64,000 nt of DNA, taken from assembly GCA_963718665.1 (NCBI GenBank), contig OY970359.1:2400001-2464000 (forward strand). Direction: 5' to 3'. Under the pieces are notes generated by a model. The model was not told where the DNA came from. It worked only from the letters and a program-made list of their open reading frames with translations, and ran no database searches. Below are positions 51,981-64,000 of the stretch, piece by piece. Source of the DNA: an uncultured Phycisphaerales bacterium. Its GTDB lineage: Bacteria > Planctomycetota > Phycisphaerae > Sedimentisphaerales > Anaerobacaceae. Within the stretch, counting starts at the first letter, position 1. The number at the start of each line of letters is the position of its first letter. The position numbers and the translations under genes were made by a program.

Positions 51981-53469
51981 AATCAGCAGTATTCTAAAGC
52001 AGGAAATAACCCGCTATAAAAACAAGCTCGACGTTTCCTCTGTCGGAAGGGTTGTCGAGGTGGGCGACGGCATCGCGCGTATCTACGGCCTGGATAACGC
52101 TATGTCCAGCGAGATGCTTCGCTTTGAAAACGACGTCCGCGGCGAGGTGTTCAACCTCGAAGAGGATTCCATAGGAGCCGTCATCTACGGCGACTATACG
52201 AGCGTCAAGGAAGGGTCCGACGTCTATGGGACGGGCCAGGTTCTTTCGGTGCCGGTCGGGCCTGAGCTTATCGGCCGAATCGTAAACCCGCTTTGTGAGC
52301 CGATTGACGGCAAATCGCTCATAACATCCGCATCCAGAAGATTCATCGAATCGGAAGCCCCGAATATCTCCGAAAGACAGCCGGTCAAACAGCCGCTGCA
52401 GACGGGCATAAAAAGCATTGATTCTATGATACCCATCGGAAGGGGACAAAGAGAGCTTATCATCGGCGACCGCAAGACGGGCAAAACCGCTATTGCCGTT
52501 GACACGATAATTAACCAGAAGGGGCAAAACGTAATCTGCGTTTATGTCGCCATCGGCCAGAAGGAATCCACCGTCGCTGAAATAGTCGAGACGCTCAGGC
52601 GTTTCGGCGCGATGGAATATACAATTATTGTCGCCGCCGCTGCCGCCGACAGCGCGCCTATGCAATATATAGCTCCTTACGCGGGCTGCGCAATCGCGGA
52701 ATATTTTATGTATGAGCAGCACCGCGACACGCTTTGCATTTACGACGACCTCAGCAAGCACGCGGTAGCATATCGCCAGTTGAGCTTGCTTCTTCGGCGT
52801 CCTCCGGGACGAGAGGCATACCCGGGCGACATATTCTATCTGCACAGCCGGTTGCTCGAACGTAGTGTGAAGCTTTCCGATGCGCTTGGCGGCGGCTCGC
52901 TTACCGCGCTGCCAGTAGTCGAAACGCTCGAAGGCCAGGTATCGGCGTATATTCCCACCAACATTATTTCAATCACCGATGGCCAGATTTATTTGCAGAA
53001 AGACCTTTTCCACGCCGGCATCAGGCCCGCTATCGACGTCGGCATCAGCGTCAGCCGAGTAGGCGGAAACGCGCAGGTCGCCGCGATGAAGCGCGTCGCC
53101 GCGAAACTGCGTCTTGACCTGGCGTCATATAACGAGCTGCTCAATTTCGCCCGGCTTGGAACCGAGCTTGACGCGACGGCGCAGGCACAACTCGACAGAG
53201 GCGCCCGAATGGTCGAATTGCTCAAACAGCCGCAATTTACCCCGATGACCGTCGGCGAACAGGTCATAACTATTTTCGCCGGCTCTACGGGACTCCTCGA
53301 TGATATCCCCGTTGACAAGGTCAATGAATTCGGCGTCCCGCTCATAAAATGGATTGCACAGGAGCATCCGGCTTACATAACCGAAATTAATACAACCGGC
53401 AAATTAGACGATGTGCTGGCGGCAAATATTACCGCGGCTATCAGTAAATTCAAGGAAACCCGTAAATAG
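51961..53469 (+). CDS. atpA: F1 subunit alpha
   Basis: GDRKTGKT and [12 protein letters not shown] motifs. Confidence 0.97.
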   Translation: MKSNVSEISSILKQEITRYKNKLDVSSVGRVVEVGDGIARIYGLDNAMSSEMLRFENDVRGEVFNLEEDSIGAVIYGDYTSVKEGSDVYGTGQVLSVPVGPELIGRIVNPLCEPIDGKSLITSASRRFIESEAPNISERQPVKQPLQTGIKSIDSMIPIGRGQRELIIGDRKTGKTAIAVDTIINQKGQNVICVYVAIGQKESTVAEIVETLRRFGAMEYTIIVAAAAADSAPMQYIAPYAGCAIAEYFMYEQHRDTLCIYDDLSKHAVAYRQLSLLLRRPPGREAYPGDIFYLHSRLLERSVKLSDALGGGSLTALPVVETLEGQVSAYIPTNIISITDGQIYLQKDLFHAGIRPAIDVGISVSRVGGNAQVAAMKRVAAKLRLDLASYNELLNFARLGTELDATAQAQLDRGARMVELLKQPQFTPMTVGEQVITIFAGSTGLLDDIPVDKVNEFGVPLIKWIAQEHPAYITEINTTGKLDDVLAANITAAISKFKETRK

Positions 53470-53483
53470 AAATACGCTGAACA

Positions 53484-55807
<2,324 letters not shown>

Positions 55808-55819
55808 TATCGGCCTGCT

Positions 55820-56287
55820 TTGAATATGGATAATACTTTTCAATGTGTTGTAGTTGCCCCGCTGGGCAAGATAATCGATTGTAAAGCCACATCGATTGTA
55901 TTCCCCGCCCACGATGGTATGGTCGGCGTCCTTTATGACCATATGCCGATGTTCTGCGAGCTTGGCCTGGGGATGATGGAAATCGAATATGTGTCCGAAG
56001 AAGCCGGCAAGCCGCAGCACAATAAGGCGCTCGTGGTTATTGACACGGGGTTTGCCCTCATCGCACAAAATCTGGCGACTATCGTCTCGAACGATGCTTT
56101 TTCCTCGACCGATATCAAAAAGGAAAGAATCGAGCGTGTGATTGAACGAATCGAGAAAAAGCTGTCAGCCGCCGCTTACCCCCCGGATCAGCAGGAACAC
56201 GAAACACAAAAAGTCGCCCTGCTGAAGACCTTGTTGGCGGGGGGCGAATCGAATCCGCTTGATTTGGCCGGTAAGAGTTCCGTATAA
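55820..56287 (+). CDS. atpC: F1 subunit epsilon
   Basis: VVAP..FPAHDGMVGVL.DH.P motif; operon position. Confidence 0.85.
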   Translation: MNMDNTFQCVVVAPLGKIIDCKATSIVFPAHDGMVGVLYDHMPMFCELGLGMMEIEYVSEEAGKPQHNKALVVIDTGFALIAQNLATIVSNDAFSSTDIKKERIERVIERIEKKLSAAAYPPDQQEHETQKVALLKTLLAGGESNPLDLAGKSSV

Positions 56288-56518
56288 ATGTCCCCGCAGG
56301 AAAACCAGTCGGAAAACAAAAAATGGAAGGCCCTTATGAAATGGTCGGGGCTTGGTGTCGAGTTTGCCGGCGTTATTATCCTGTTCTGCTATTTCGGCTA
56401 TAAACTCGACGAAAAATTACAGACCAGTCCCTGGTTTCTTCTCGCCGGTTTCTTTCTCGGCTTCATCGGGATGTTATACATCATAATCAAGGACACCCGT
56501 AACCTCTGGCGGGACTAA
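56288..56518 (+). CDS. AtpZ/AtpI (ATPase gene 1) family protein
   Basis: Two TM segments and GYKLDEKLQTSPW motif. Confidence 0.8.
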   Translation: MSPQENQSENKKWKALMKWSGLGVEFAGVIILFCYFGYKLDEKLQTSPWFLLAGFFLGFIGMLYIIIKDTRNLWRD

Positions 56519-56519
56519 A

Positions 56520-57782
56520 ATGGATACGCCGAACGACACACGTCCCCAAAATACTCGTCGGAAATTCGCCGCTATGGTTGGGGTATATTTCGTCGGCACC
56601 CTCAACGATAATTTTTGCCGCCAGTGTGTGATGCTTCTGGCCGTGGCGTGGGGCCTGGCCCGTATGCAGAGTTATATTACCGTTCTGTTTACGGTGCCGT
56701 TTATTATTTTCGCCGCTTACGCGGGTTTTCTGGCGGACCGTTTCTCGAAACGCTCGGTGGTGATTGGCGTTAAGCTCGTCTCCTTCGTCGCGTATATTCT
56801 GGGAATCATCGGGTTTTGTCTGAATAGCTGGGCGATTATTTTGGTTACGGTATTTATCCTCGGCCTTCAGGCCGCGGTTTTTAGTCCCGCGATAAATGGT
56901 ATCATTCCGGAACTATATCCTCCCGCTTTCGTCGTTACCGCAAATGGCATTATCGCCGCGGCTGTCAACATCGCGATATTGCTGGGAATCGCTGGCGCGG
57001 GCCTTGTTCTCGACATCAAAGGCACAGTATGCGATGCTCCCCTCGGTATGTTTCTTGCCGCGACAGTCGGCTTAAGCGTCGCTTTTATCACGTTTGTAGT
57101 ATCCTTTTTTGTCCCCGGATTTCCCGCCGCCTCACCCAAAGCCCGTTTCCCCTGGCAGGGGCCCTGGGAGTCGGTAATCACGATTGCTAAAACCAGAGGC
57201 GATTCTCTGCTCGCTAATTCGATTTTCGCCAAGGCCTTTTTCTGGTTCGCCGCTTCGCTGCAAATTCTTGTTATTAATCCGCTGGGCTTGACGCAGTTCG
57301 GCCTTACCAAGACAATGACCAGCGCTCTGATTGTCATTGAGCTTGTGGGAGTCGGTATCGGCAGTTTGCTCGCTCCTTTGATTGCAAAAGGTGAGAAATG
57401 GTATCGGGTGCTGGTCCCCTCGGGCGTTGTGATGGCCATTGCTATGTTCGCGGTGACGACCGTTCCATATCTGCCTTTGTTTACGCACAAACCGGTCGTC
57501 ATAGGCGCACTGGCGTTTCTGGGAATTGCCGGCGGCGTATTTTCGATTCCAGTAACGAGTTTTGTTCAGGTCAGGCCCGCCCCTGAAATGAAAGGCAGAA
57601 TGATTGCCTCGTCGAACTTTGCCGACTTTGCGGGTATATTACTTTCAGGCGCGGTATTTTATATTTTTAACCGCCTGAATATAATGCCAAGCAACTGTTT
57701 TGCGATTGTGGCTGTTTTAACATTCGCAGCAGCGGGCTGGCTCTTAATGTCACTGCGGGAGAGAACCCAGAATGCTTATTGA
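56520..57782 (+). CDS. MFS transporter, LplT (lysophospholipid transporter)-like
   Basis: LNDNF, GFLADRFSKR, FSPA..GIIPE and ANG motifs; adjacent to an Aas-like gene. Confidence 0.82.
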   Translation: MDTPNDTRPQNTRRKFAAMVGVYFVGTLNDNFCRQCVMLLAVAWGLARMQSYITVLFTVPFIIFAAYAGFLADRFSKRSVVIGVKLVSFVAYILGIIGFCLNSWAIILVTVFILGLQAAVFSPAINGIIPELYPPAFVVTANGIIAAAVNIAILLGIAGAGLVLDIKGTVCDAPLGMFLAATVGLSVAFITFVVSFFVPGFPAASPKARFPWQGPWESVITIAKTRGDSLLANSIFAKAFFWFAASLQILVINPLGLTQFGLTKTMTSALIVIELVGVGIGSLLAPLIAKGEKWYRVLVPSGVVMAIAMFAVTTVPYLPLFTHKPVVIGALAFLGIAGGVFSIPVTSFVQVRPAPEMKGRMIASSNFADFAGILLSGAVFYIFNRLNIMPSNCFAIVAVLTFAAAGWLLMSLRERTQNAY

Positions 57783-60445
57783 TGTTGGGATGATAACGGT
57801 GTCGAGATTCCTGCTTTGGTTGCGGTACCGAATACGCCTCGTCGGTCTCGATGCAATCGAGGCGAAGGGAAAGACCGGAATAGTTTTTCTGCCGAATCAT
57901 CCCGCCCTTATGGACCCCATTATCCTTTATACATATCTTCAGAAGCGTTTCGCGCCTCACGGTTTCGGCGACGTTGACCAGGTCGATAGACCTCTTATTG
58001 GCTTTTTTGCCCGCAGGTGGGGCGTGCGAACTGTTCCGAGTATCGAGAAGTATGGCCCGTCTGCCAGGGCCGAGATTGAAAAGGTCCTCGACGAGACGAT
58101 TACTGGGCTTAAACATGGCGAAAACCTTGTTTTGTGGCCCGCAGGAAGGTTATGTCATAGTTACAAAGAATCGCTCGGCGCAAACAGCTCCGTCGAGAGT
58201 ATTTTGAAAAGTTGCCCCGATGTCCGCGTCGTTCTTGTCCGCACACGCGGTTTTTGGGGCAGCTCATTCAGTAGGGCGTCCGGCAATGAGCCGCTTGTGA
58301 TGTCGGTTTTGCGTAAGGGCATTTTGCAATTGCTCGCCAGTTTTATTTTCTTTGCACCTCGCAGGGAAATCACAATAGAATTTTACGAGCCGCCTGACCT
58401 CCCTCGAAACGCGGACCGTAATATTTTCAATCGTTTCCTCGAAGATTTTTATAACGCCGATGCTCCGCCAAATACCTATGTCCCCTATACGCTCTGGGAA
58501 AGGGGCGGCGTTCGCGTTGTCCCTGAGCCGATGCCGCCGACGTTGCAGTCCGATTATTCGAAAATCCCGTCCGCGACGCGGCAGATTGTTATGACGTATA
58601 TGTCCGAAAAAACAGGCATATCGAACCTCAAAGAGACCGACCGGCTGGCCGCTGATTTGGGAATGGACAGCTTGGTTCGCACCGATTTGCTCCTCTGGCT
58701 CGAAAAGGAATTCGGCTTCCGTCAGGCCGACGCTGACGCGATGCAGACAATCGGCGACGTTATGCTTGCCGCCTGTGGGCAGTTTGTCTATCTTGCTACG
58801 ACTTCCATTAAACCGGTTCCGGCAGGGTGGTTCAGGCCTCATCCCCAAATCTGTGCATCAGTGCCCGACGGCGATTCTATTACCGATATCTTCCTTATGC
58901 AGGCCGCGCGTCAGCCGGACCATATTGTCATTGCCGACCAGATTGCCGGCGCAAAATCATACCGTGACATCGTTACCGCCTGTCTCGTTCTTCGCCCTCT
59001 TATCAAACAGTTCGAAGGCGACCGCATCGGCATAATGCTGCCTGCCTCCGTAACTGCCGATATCCTTTATCTCGCGACGCTTTTCGCCGAAAAAGTCCCC
59101 GTTATGGTTAATTGGACCGCCGGGCCGCGGAATATCCTCGCTTCACTCGATGCCGTCGGCGTAAAACATATCCTCACGAGTAAGGCCCTCGTTGACAGGA
59201 TAACTTTGCAGGGTATTGACCTCTCAGCCGTTACCGAACGGCTCTGTTTTCTCGAACAGTTGAGCGGGAAAATCTCTCGAACTCGCAAACTAATCGCCTG
59301 GCTTGCCGCCCAATTGTCCTGGGCTTCTCTGCGTAACGCCAAAGTCCCCCAAACCGCCGCCATCCTTTTCACAAGCGGCTCCGAAACGCTACCAAAAGCT
59401 GTCCCGCTTTCGCACGTCAATATACTTGCCAACATACGCGATGTGCTTGGCACAGTCAAAATTTACGAAACAGACCGTCTCATCGGTTTTCTGCCTCCGT
59501 TCCATTCCTTCGGCCTGACCGTTACCGTTGTGCTGCCCGTTGTCATCGGCGCAGGCCGTCTATTACGCCAACCCTACCGAATCCGATACCCTCGCCAAAA
59601 TCATCAGTGCGTACGGTGTTACCGTTCTTCTCGGCACGCCGACGTTTCTGGGCGGTATCGTCCGCGTCGCAACCGTTGAACAGCTCGACTCCCTGCGTTT
59701 TGCCGTAACCGGCGCGGAAAAATGTCCCCAACAGGTTTATGATTCTCTTGCCGCGAAATGCAAAAAGGCCGTAATATTCGAGGGCTACGGTGTTACCGAA
59801 TGTTCTCCCATTATATCGCTCAATGATGAAAACGACCCAAAACCATTTTCCATAGGTAAACTCCTTCCCTCGCTCGAATGTCTCCTCCTTCATCCCGACA
59901 CGGAGCGCAGCGCAGGGCCTGCTTCAGCAACATTGAAGCCACTTTCTCCGCCCGCCACCGGCATCCTTCTCGTCCGCGGCCCAAGCGTTTTCGCCGGCTA
60001 TCTCAACTATCCTGGCAAATCGCCTTTTGTCGAAATCGGAGGCAAACAATATTACAACACCGGCGATATTGTCTGCATCGACCATGATGGCCTTATGACT
60101 TTTCAGGGACGACTCAAAAGATTTGCCAAGCTCGGCGGCGAAATGATTTCCCTGCCCGCCATCGAATCCATTCTCGAAGCTGCTTTCCCTGCCCTGAGCG
60201 GGGTCGAAGGACCCTCTGAATCAGATAAGTGGCCGACTCTTGCTGTCGAAGCAACCGAGGCCGAGCAACCTGAGCTTGTCTTGTTTACCTCTCGTGATAT
60301 CGAACGCGAGGAAGCCAATAAAAAAATCCGCGACGCGGGCCTTTCAGGTCTTCACAGTATCCGCAGGGTAATCAAGCTCGACCAGATTCCCCTCCTCGGC
60401 ACAGGCAAAACCGATTACCGTGCACTGAAGCAGCTTCTGAAATAA
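57772..60445 (+). CDS. Aas-like acyltransferase-ACP-acyl-ACP synthetase fusion with a frameshift near 59550
   Basis: NHPALMD (PlsC), DLGMDSL (carrier Ser), FTSGSE..PKAV; continues in the +1 frame with EGYGVTE, YNTGD and GKTDY. Confidence 0.85.
60188..60211 (+). repeat. 24-bp REP-like element inserted in frame (encodes PALSGVEG)
   Basis: cctgccctgagcggggtcgaagga spans exactly 8 codons. Confidence 0.6.
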
Positions 60446-60540
60446 ACCACGAACCTGTCCTCTGACTTGTCCGCCATAGTTTTAACGAAGGCGGAAGTCC
60501 TTCAGGGACGTAGGAGGATTACACAGATTTCACGGATTAA
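60445..60540 (+). repeat. Nested REP-like palindromic elements
   Basis: Inner cttgtccgcc..ggcgga within cctgtcctc..ggagga within aaccacgaa|ttacacagatttcacggat. Confidence 0.6.
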
Positions 60541-60671
60541 GTTTGCCGTAAAAAAGCTTGTTTTCTATCATCATAGAACAATATAATGATTCCTTAAGGC
60601 CGGGTGATATGATTTTGCATTACAAAGGAAATAGGTGTGGTGTCCTCAGGATTTGAGAAAGTTGAGTAACT

Positions 60672-61016
60672 ATGAGATGGTTTAAGAAGTATTTCGGATC
60701 TCAACAGGGAAAACGTTGGGCAAAGTTAGAAGCTATACAGGCCAAACTTCGGGAGCTATGCAAGATGCCAACCGAGGGACTCTCGCTCAAGGAGATTTAT
60801 GACCGGCAAATGGGTCCTATCCTTGATCTAGGGATTGAGTTGAGCCGTCTTGGCGGTGTAGAATTTATGCGTGCGGCATTAATCGGCTTCTCGGTGCACG
60901 ATCAGAAAATAATTTCTTATGCTTGGGAAGGACACGGCGGTTGGAGCGATCCAGCAAACAAAGAGATGGATAAAAAAGTGTGGGATGACCTCATAAACAT
61001 TTTTGGTCGTCCATGA
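60672..61016 (+). CDS. Hypothetical protein with GGxxxM..WxGxGxW motif
   Basis: 114-aa ORF; TATAAT at 60582; motif shared with the 22329-23156 protein. Confidence 0.6.
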   Translation: MRWFKKYFGSQQGKRWAKLEAIQAKLRELCKMPTEGLSLKEIYDRQMGPILDLGIELSRLGGVEFMRAALIGFSVHDQKIISYAWEGHGGWSDPANKEMDKKVWDDLINIFGRP

Positions 61017-61136
61017 TAACACACTTCCGAACTATCGTTCAAACCGGGGGACAGCTATCGTTTTCGGCGTTATTCTTTTTCCCTTTTTACTTTTGTCTTA
61101 TACTCTTGTGCCTTATGTGCCTTTTCGTGGCTAAGG

Positions 61137-61970
61137 TCAACGCGTGAACTTTCTGAACTCCTCCATCAATGTCTTCGTCCACTTGCCGGGTTTGCCGTCG
61201 CCCGTCATTTTGCCGTCGAATTTAACAACCGGGATTATGTCCCTTGTCGTTACCGCCAAAAACAGCTCATCTGCGCCTGCCGCCTCTTTGGGTGTCAGCG
61301 ATTTTTCGACAATCCCCAGCCCGATGTTCTTCGCCGCCAGCTCGACGTATTTTCGTGTTACCGAGGGCAATATATTCGCCTTGAGAGGCGACGTGCGCAG
61401 TTTGCCTTTAACAATCCCGAAAAACGCCGAAGATGACCCCTCCGTAATCATCCCGTTATCATCTACAAATACGGCCTCCCAGCATCCCTTTTTGTCCGCG
61501 TCGCCTTTGGCAAGGACGTTCGGCAGCAAATTCAGCGACTTGATATCGCATCTCTTCCAGCGAATATCGGGATACATCGATACCGCGACGCCCTCGTTTT
61601 TCAGCTTGGGGTTATCCTTCAGTTCAGTAATCGTCAAAAAGAAATTCGGCTTCAAATCCGCCGCCGGTAAATGGTCTCTCATCCCTGAACCACGGGTGAT
61701 ATGAAAATATATCTTTGCGTTTGCTATCCCCGCCTTCTCAAACGCCTTTAGCACTTTCGAGCGGATTTCCCCAACGTCAACGCCGGCTATCTCAATCGCC
61801 TTCAAGCTGTTGGCAAAACGCTCAAAATGCTCATCTATTGCGAATATCCTGCCGTTATAGCTCCTTAGCACTTCATAAACTCCGTCGCCGAAGAATATCC
61901 CCCGGTCAAGGTACTCGCTGCCTACCTCCTCGATGCCCATCATTTTGTCGTTTATCATCGCTATCTGCAT
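61137..61970 (-). CDS. dat: D-amino-acid aminotransferase (PLP class IV)
   Basis: DRGIFFGDGVYE, RCDIKSLNLL, EGSSS and ILPSVTR motifs. Confidence 0.85.
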   Translation of the reverse strand: MQIAMINDKMMGIEEVGSEYLDRGIFFGDGVYEVLRSYNGRIFAIDEHFERFANSLKAIEIAGVDVGEIRSKVLKAFEKAGIANAKIYFHITRGSGMRDHLPAADLKPNFFLTITELKDNPKLKNEGVAVSMYPDIRWKRCDIKSLNLLPNVLAKGDADKKGCWEAVFVDDNGMITEGSSSAFFGIVKGKLRTSPLKANILPSVTRKYVELAAKNIGLGIVEKSLTPKEAAGADELFLAVTTRDIIPVVKFDGKMTGDGKPGKWTKTLMEEFRKFTR

Positions 61971-62058
61971 AATTATGATTCCTTAAAATTACTCCCGGGT
62001 TTATCCCGTGGGATTCGTTAAAAATATCCGATATTTCTCTTTACTGCAATACCGCAGT

Positions 62059-62067
62059 TGCTATAAT
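62059..62067 (+). promoter_or_regulatory. Extended -10 element (TGnTATAAT) upstream of rplU
   Basis: tgctataat 46 nt before the start codon. Confidence 0.5.
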
Positions 62068-62113
62068 ACTCAGCTTTTACGAATGTTTGAATTTGAACGT
62101 CGGAGTGATTGAA

Positions 62114-62443
62114 ATGTACGCAGTAATCGAACAAGGCAGTAAACAATATAAGGTCTCGCAGGGCGATACGCTCGATATCGAGCTTACGGAAGTTGCCCCA
62201 GACGCGAAAAACATCGAGCTTGGCAAGGTCCTGCTCGTCAGCGATGGCAAAGACGTCAAAATCGGCGCCCCATACCTCGCAGGCGCAAAGGTTATCGCCT
62301 CATTCAAAACCTCAGCGGAACAGGCGGTTGTTAAGGGCGAGAAAATTCAGTCCCAGTATTTCCGCAGACGCAAAAACTACAACAAGAAAACCGGCCATCG
62401 CCAGAAATTTCTCCGCGTTACCATCGACAAAATCGAATCCTAA
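62114..62443 (+). CDS. rplU: 50S ribosomal protein L21
   Basis: MYAVIEQGSKQYKV, IGAPY and GHRQ motifs; GGAG SD. Confidence 0.95.
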   Translation: MYAVIEQGSKQYKVSQGDTLDIELTEVAPDAKNIELGKVLLVSDGKDVKIGAPYLAGAKVIASFKTSAEQAVVKGEKIQSQYFRRRKNYNKKTGHRQKFLRVTIDKIES

Positions 62444-62452
62444 AAATGTTTA

Positions 62453-62484
62453 GCCCCTAGGTCTGCCTGGGGGTTATTTTTTTT
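62453..62484 (+). terminator. Hairpin/terminator after rplU
   Basis: GCCCCTAGG..CCTGGGGGT followed by a T run. Confidence 0.55.
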
Positions 62485-64000
62485 CGTGGGAGTATATTAT
62501 TTCCATCCCACATTTTCCGCATCGAAATTTTACTTCGTATTCCCTGTCATCCTCATCCAGCAAAATCATCGGCTCCACGGGTGTTTTTTCATCTTTTCCG
62601 CCGCATAGCCCCAGTTCCTGTCGTAGGCAGTATTTTGTCGTCATTACCACCTGTCCCGACAAATCCAGCCCCGATTCCGCCGCCGGCTCGATTGTCTCAA
62701 CGCCGTGGCGATGGTAAAACTCCTCCGCCTTTTTGTTCAGCACGTTGCCTCTGAAATCCAAAGTTTGTTGCGGGTAGGGCACATCATTTTTCAGGATATG
62801 ACCCGCCGCGCGAGGCCGATTCACTTCTCTTGCCTCAAGCATTTTTTCAGCCAGTTCCCGTTTCGCGGCGTTCAATCGTGACACAGGCAGAAAATAAACA
62901 TCCAGCGTCTCTACCCGCACCTCCGAACACTCGAAAATCGTATTTCCGAGTTTGCTTAACTGCGTAATAATCGTTTGCTTTGCCTGCTCTTTTTTCAACG
63001 CCGGCTGTTTATCTCCGTTTATTTCCACCGTTGCCTCATTGCTGTCCTCATCAGCCCCGATGAGAATCAATCCCTTGGCCGACTCACGCATAACCATCGT
63101 TAATCCGATTTTGCGTTCTGCGGATTGGCCCGACAGCTTGCGATAAAACTCGTAATCGTAATTACGGTAAATCTTCTCACCCCTTCTTATATCCTGCATC
63201 TTTTGCGGGTAAATCTTTCTGCCCTCAACCCGATTGATGACCGTCCCGGCCAAATTCTTCTGTCTGTCAAAAAAGCAAAGCCCGTCCGCGTTATGCAGTT
63301 CCTGTTCGCCGTCTATGGCAAAGTAATTATTTCCCGTTTCCGTTACCGTGCCCACAAATTCGCCCATCGATTTGGGCGTATCAATTGAGCCAAGATTTGC
63401 TTTCTTGCCTGTAATGCCGTAATCAGAAAATCCCCGATTAAACGTCTTCTCCGGGTTCGGCTCAAAGTTAATTTGTGGCGTTCCCGATGATGCGCGTTTG
63501 AGTTTCTTTTTCGCTATTATTTCATCCAAACGCCTGCGATAAAAACTCACGGTATTCGCGACGTATGCCGTGTCCTTCAATCGTCCTTCAATCTTGAACG
63601 CATCAACCCCCGCGTCAATCAGCTCTTCCAGATGCTCGACTAAGTTCAAATCCTTCAGCGATAACAAGTGTCTGTCTTTGGCGATTATTTTCCCCTGTTG
63701 GTCTTTGACGCTGTATATCCTCCTGCATGGCTGTGCGCATTGTCCCCTGTTGCCGCTTCGTCCGCCGATTGCGTAACTCATATAACATTGTCCGCTCGCC
63801 CCGACACATAATGCGCCGTGTATAAAACACTCAAGCTCGATTGTCGTCGCCTTGCGGATTTGCCTGATTTGTTCGAGTGTCAATTCCCTCGCCAATATCG
63901 CCCGCGAAAAGCCGACGTCCTGAAGAAATTGCACCTTCTCAGGCGTATCGTTATTCATTTGCGTGCTCGCGATTATCGGCAGGCCGGGCAAATCTAATTC
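62474..64000 (-). CDS. Peptidase U32 family protein with C-terminal extension (RlhA-like RNA hydroxylation protein), 5' end outside the window
   Basis: ASTQM, ILAREL, HGALC..SGQC..RSGNRGQCAQPCR and KIEGR motifs. Confidence 0.88.
   Translation of the reverse strand, partial: ELDLPGLPIIASTQMNNDTPEKVQFLQDVGFSRAILARELTLEQIRQIRKATTIELECFIHGALCVGASGQCYMSYAIGGRSGNRGQCAQPCRRIYSVKDQQGKIIAKDRHLLSLKDLNLVEHLEELIDAGVDAFKIEGRLKDTAYVANTVSFYRRRLDEIIAKKKLKRASSGTPQINFEPNPEKTFNRGFSDYGITGKKANLGSIDTPKSMGEFVGTVTETGNNYFAIDGEQELHNADGLCFFDRQKNLAGTVINRVEGRKIYPQKMQDIRRGEKIYRNYDYEFYRKLSGQSAERKIGLTMVMRESAKGLILIGADEDSNEATVEINGDKQPALKKEQAKQTIITQLSKLGNTIFECSEVRVETLDVYFLPVSRLNAAKRELAEKMLEAREVNRPRAAGHILKNDVPYPQQTLDFRGNVLNKKAEEFYHRHGVETIEPAAESGLDLSGQVVMTTKYCLRQELGLCGGKDEKTPVEPMILLDEDDREYEVKFRCGKCGMEIIYSHEKK

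Noticed and set aside
51994..52845. 283-aa antisense ORF, and similar shadow ORFs at 24800-25576, 30692-31303, 45778-46428 and 56867-57502
   Set aside because: Lie opposite well-supported genes; expected from codon bias; no recognisable motifs
61993..62014. Hairpin CCCGGGTTTATCCCGTGGG as an IS200/IS605 end
   Set aside because: Single short hairpin with no adjacent tnpA/tnpB; insufficient evidence

Overview
Bacterial chromosomal DNA, most likely Planctomycetota (Phycisphaerae/Sedimentisphaerales-like). This is an inference from a prepilin/H-X9-DG (DUF1559-type) gene, dockerin-like DxNxDGxVDFxDL...W modules and VPAPGA-type sorting signals. There are four blocks. (1) 1-24 kb is an exopolysaccharide/exosortase (PEP-CTERM-type) locus: glycosyltransferases, Wzy-like polymerase, FemAB-like GNAT, Alg14/Alg13 pair, an exosortase fused to a degenerate nucleotidyltransferase/LbH module, Wzc, a priming transferase with a similar degenerate module, a large TPR protein, a solo LuxR, two VPAPGA-CTERM substrates and a convergent Wza. 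(2) 24.1-28.35 kb is an islet bounded by two copies of a tRNA-Asp 3' end (att-like); it carries a GLUG/FN3 surface protein and a pseudouridine-synthase fragment. (3) 28.4-49.4 kb is a hemicellulose-utilisation cluster (GH113, GH5, GH44, two GH2, GH3, GH95, XylR-like regulator, LamG protein, DUF1559-type protein). (4) 49.4-64 kb holds a tiny MCxxCGC/Lys-rich ORF, an atpBEFHAGDC+atpZ operon running into LplT/Aas-like genes, dat, rplU and a U32-family gene. The best candidate for an undescribed system is the gene at 19606-20415, directly upstream of the PEP-CTERM genes. It combines a signal peptide, an internal PEP-CTERM-like segment and a C-terminal RGPP (RAPP-like) ribosome-arrest motif, so it may be a monitoring-substrate leader for the exosortase pathway. 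Three genes carry single frameshifts that may be sequencing errors. All calls come from motif recognition by eye; no database searches were run.
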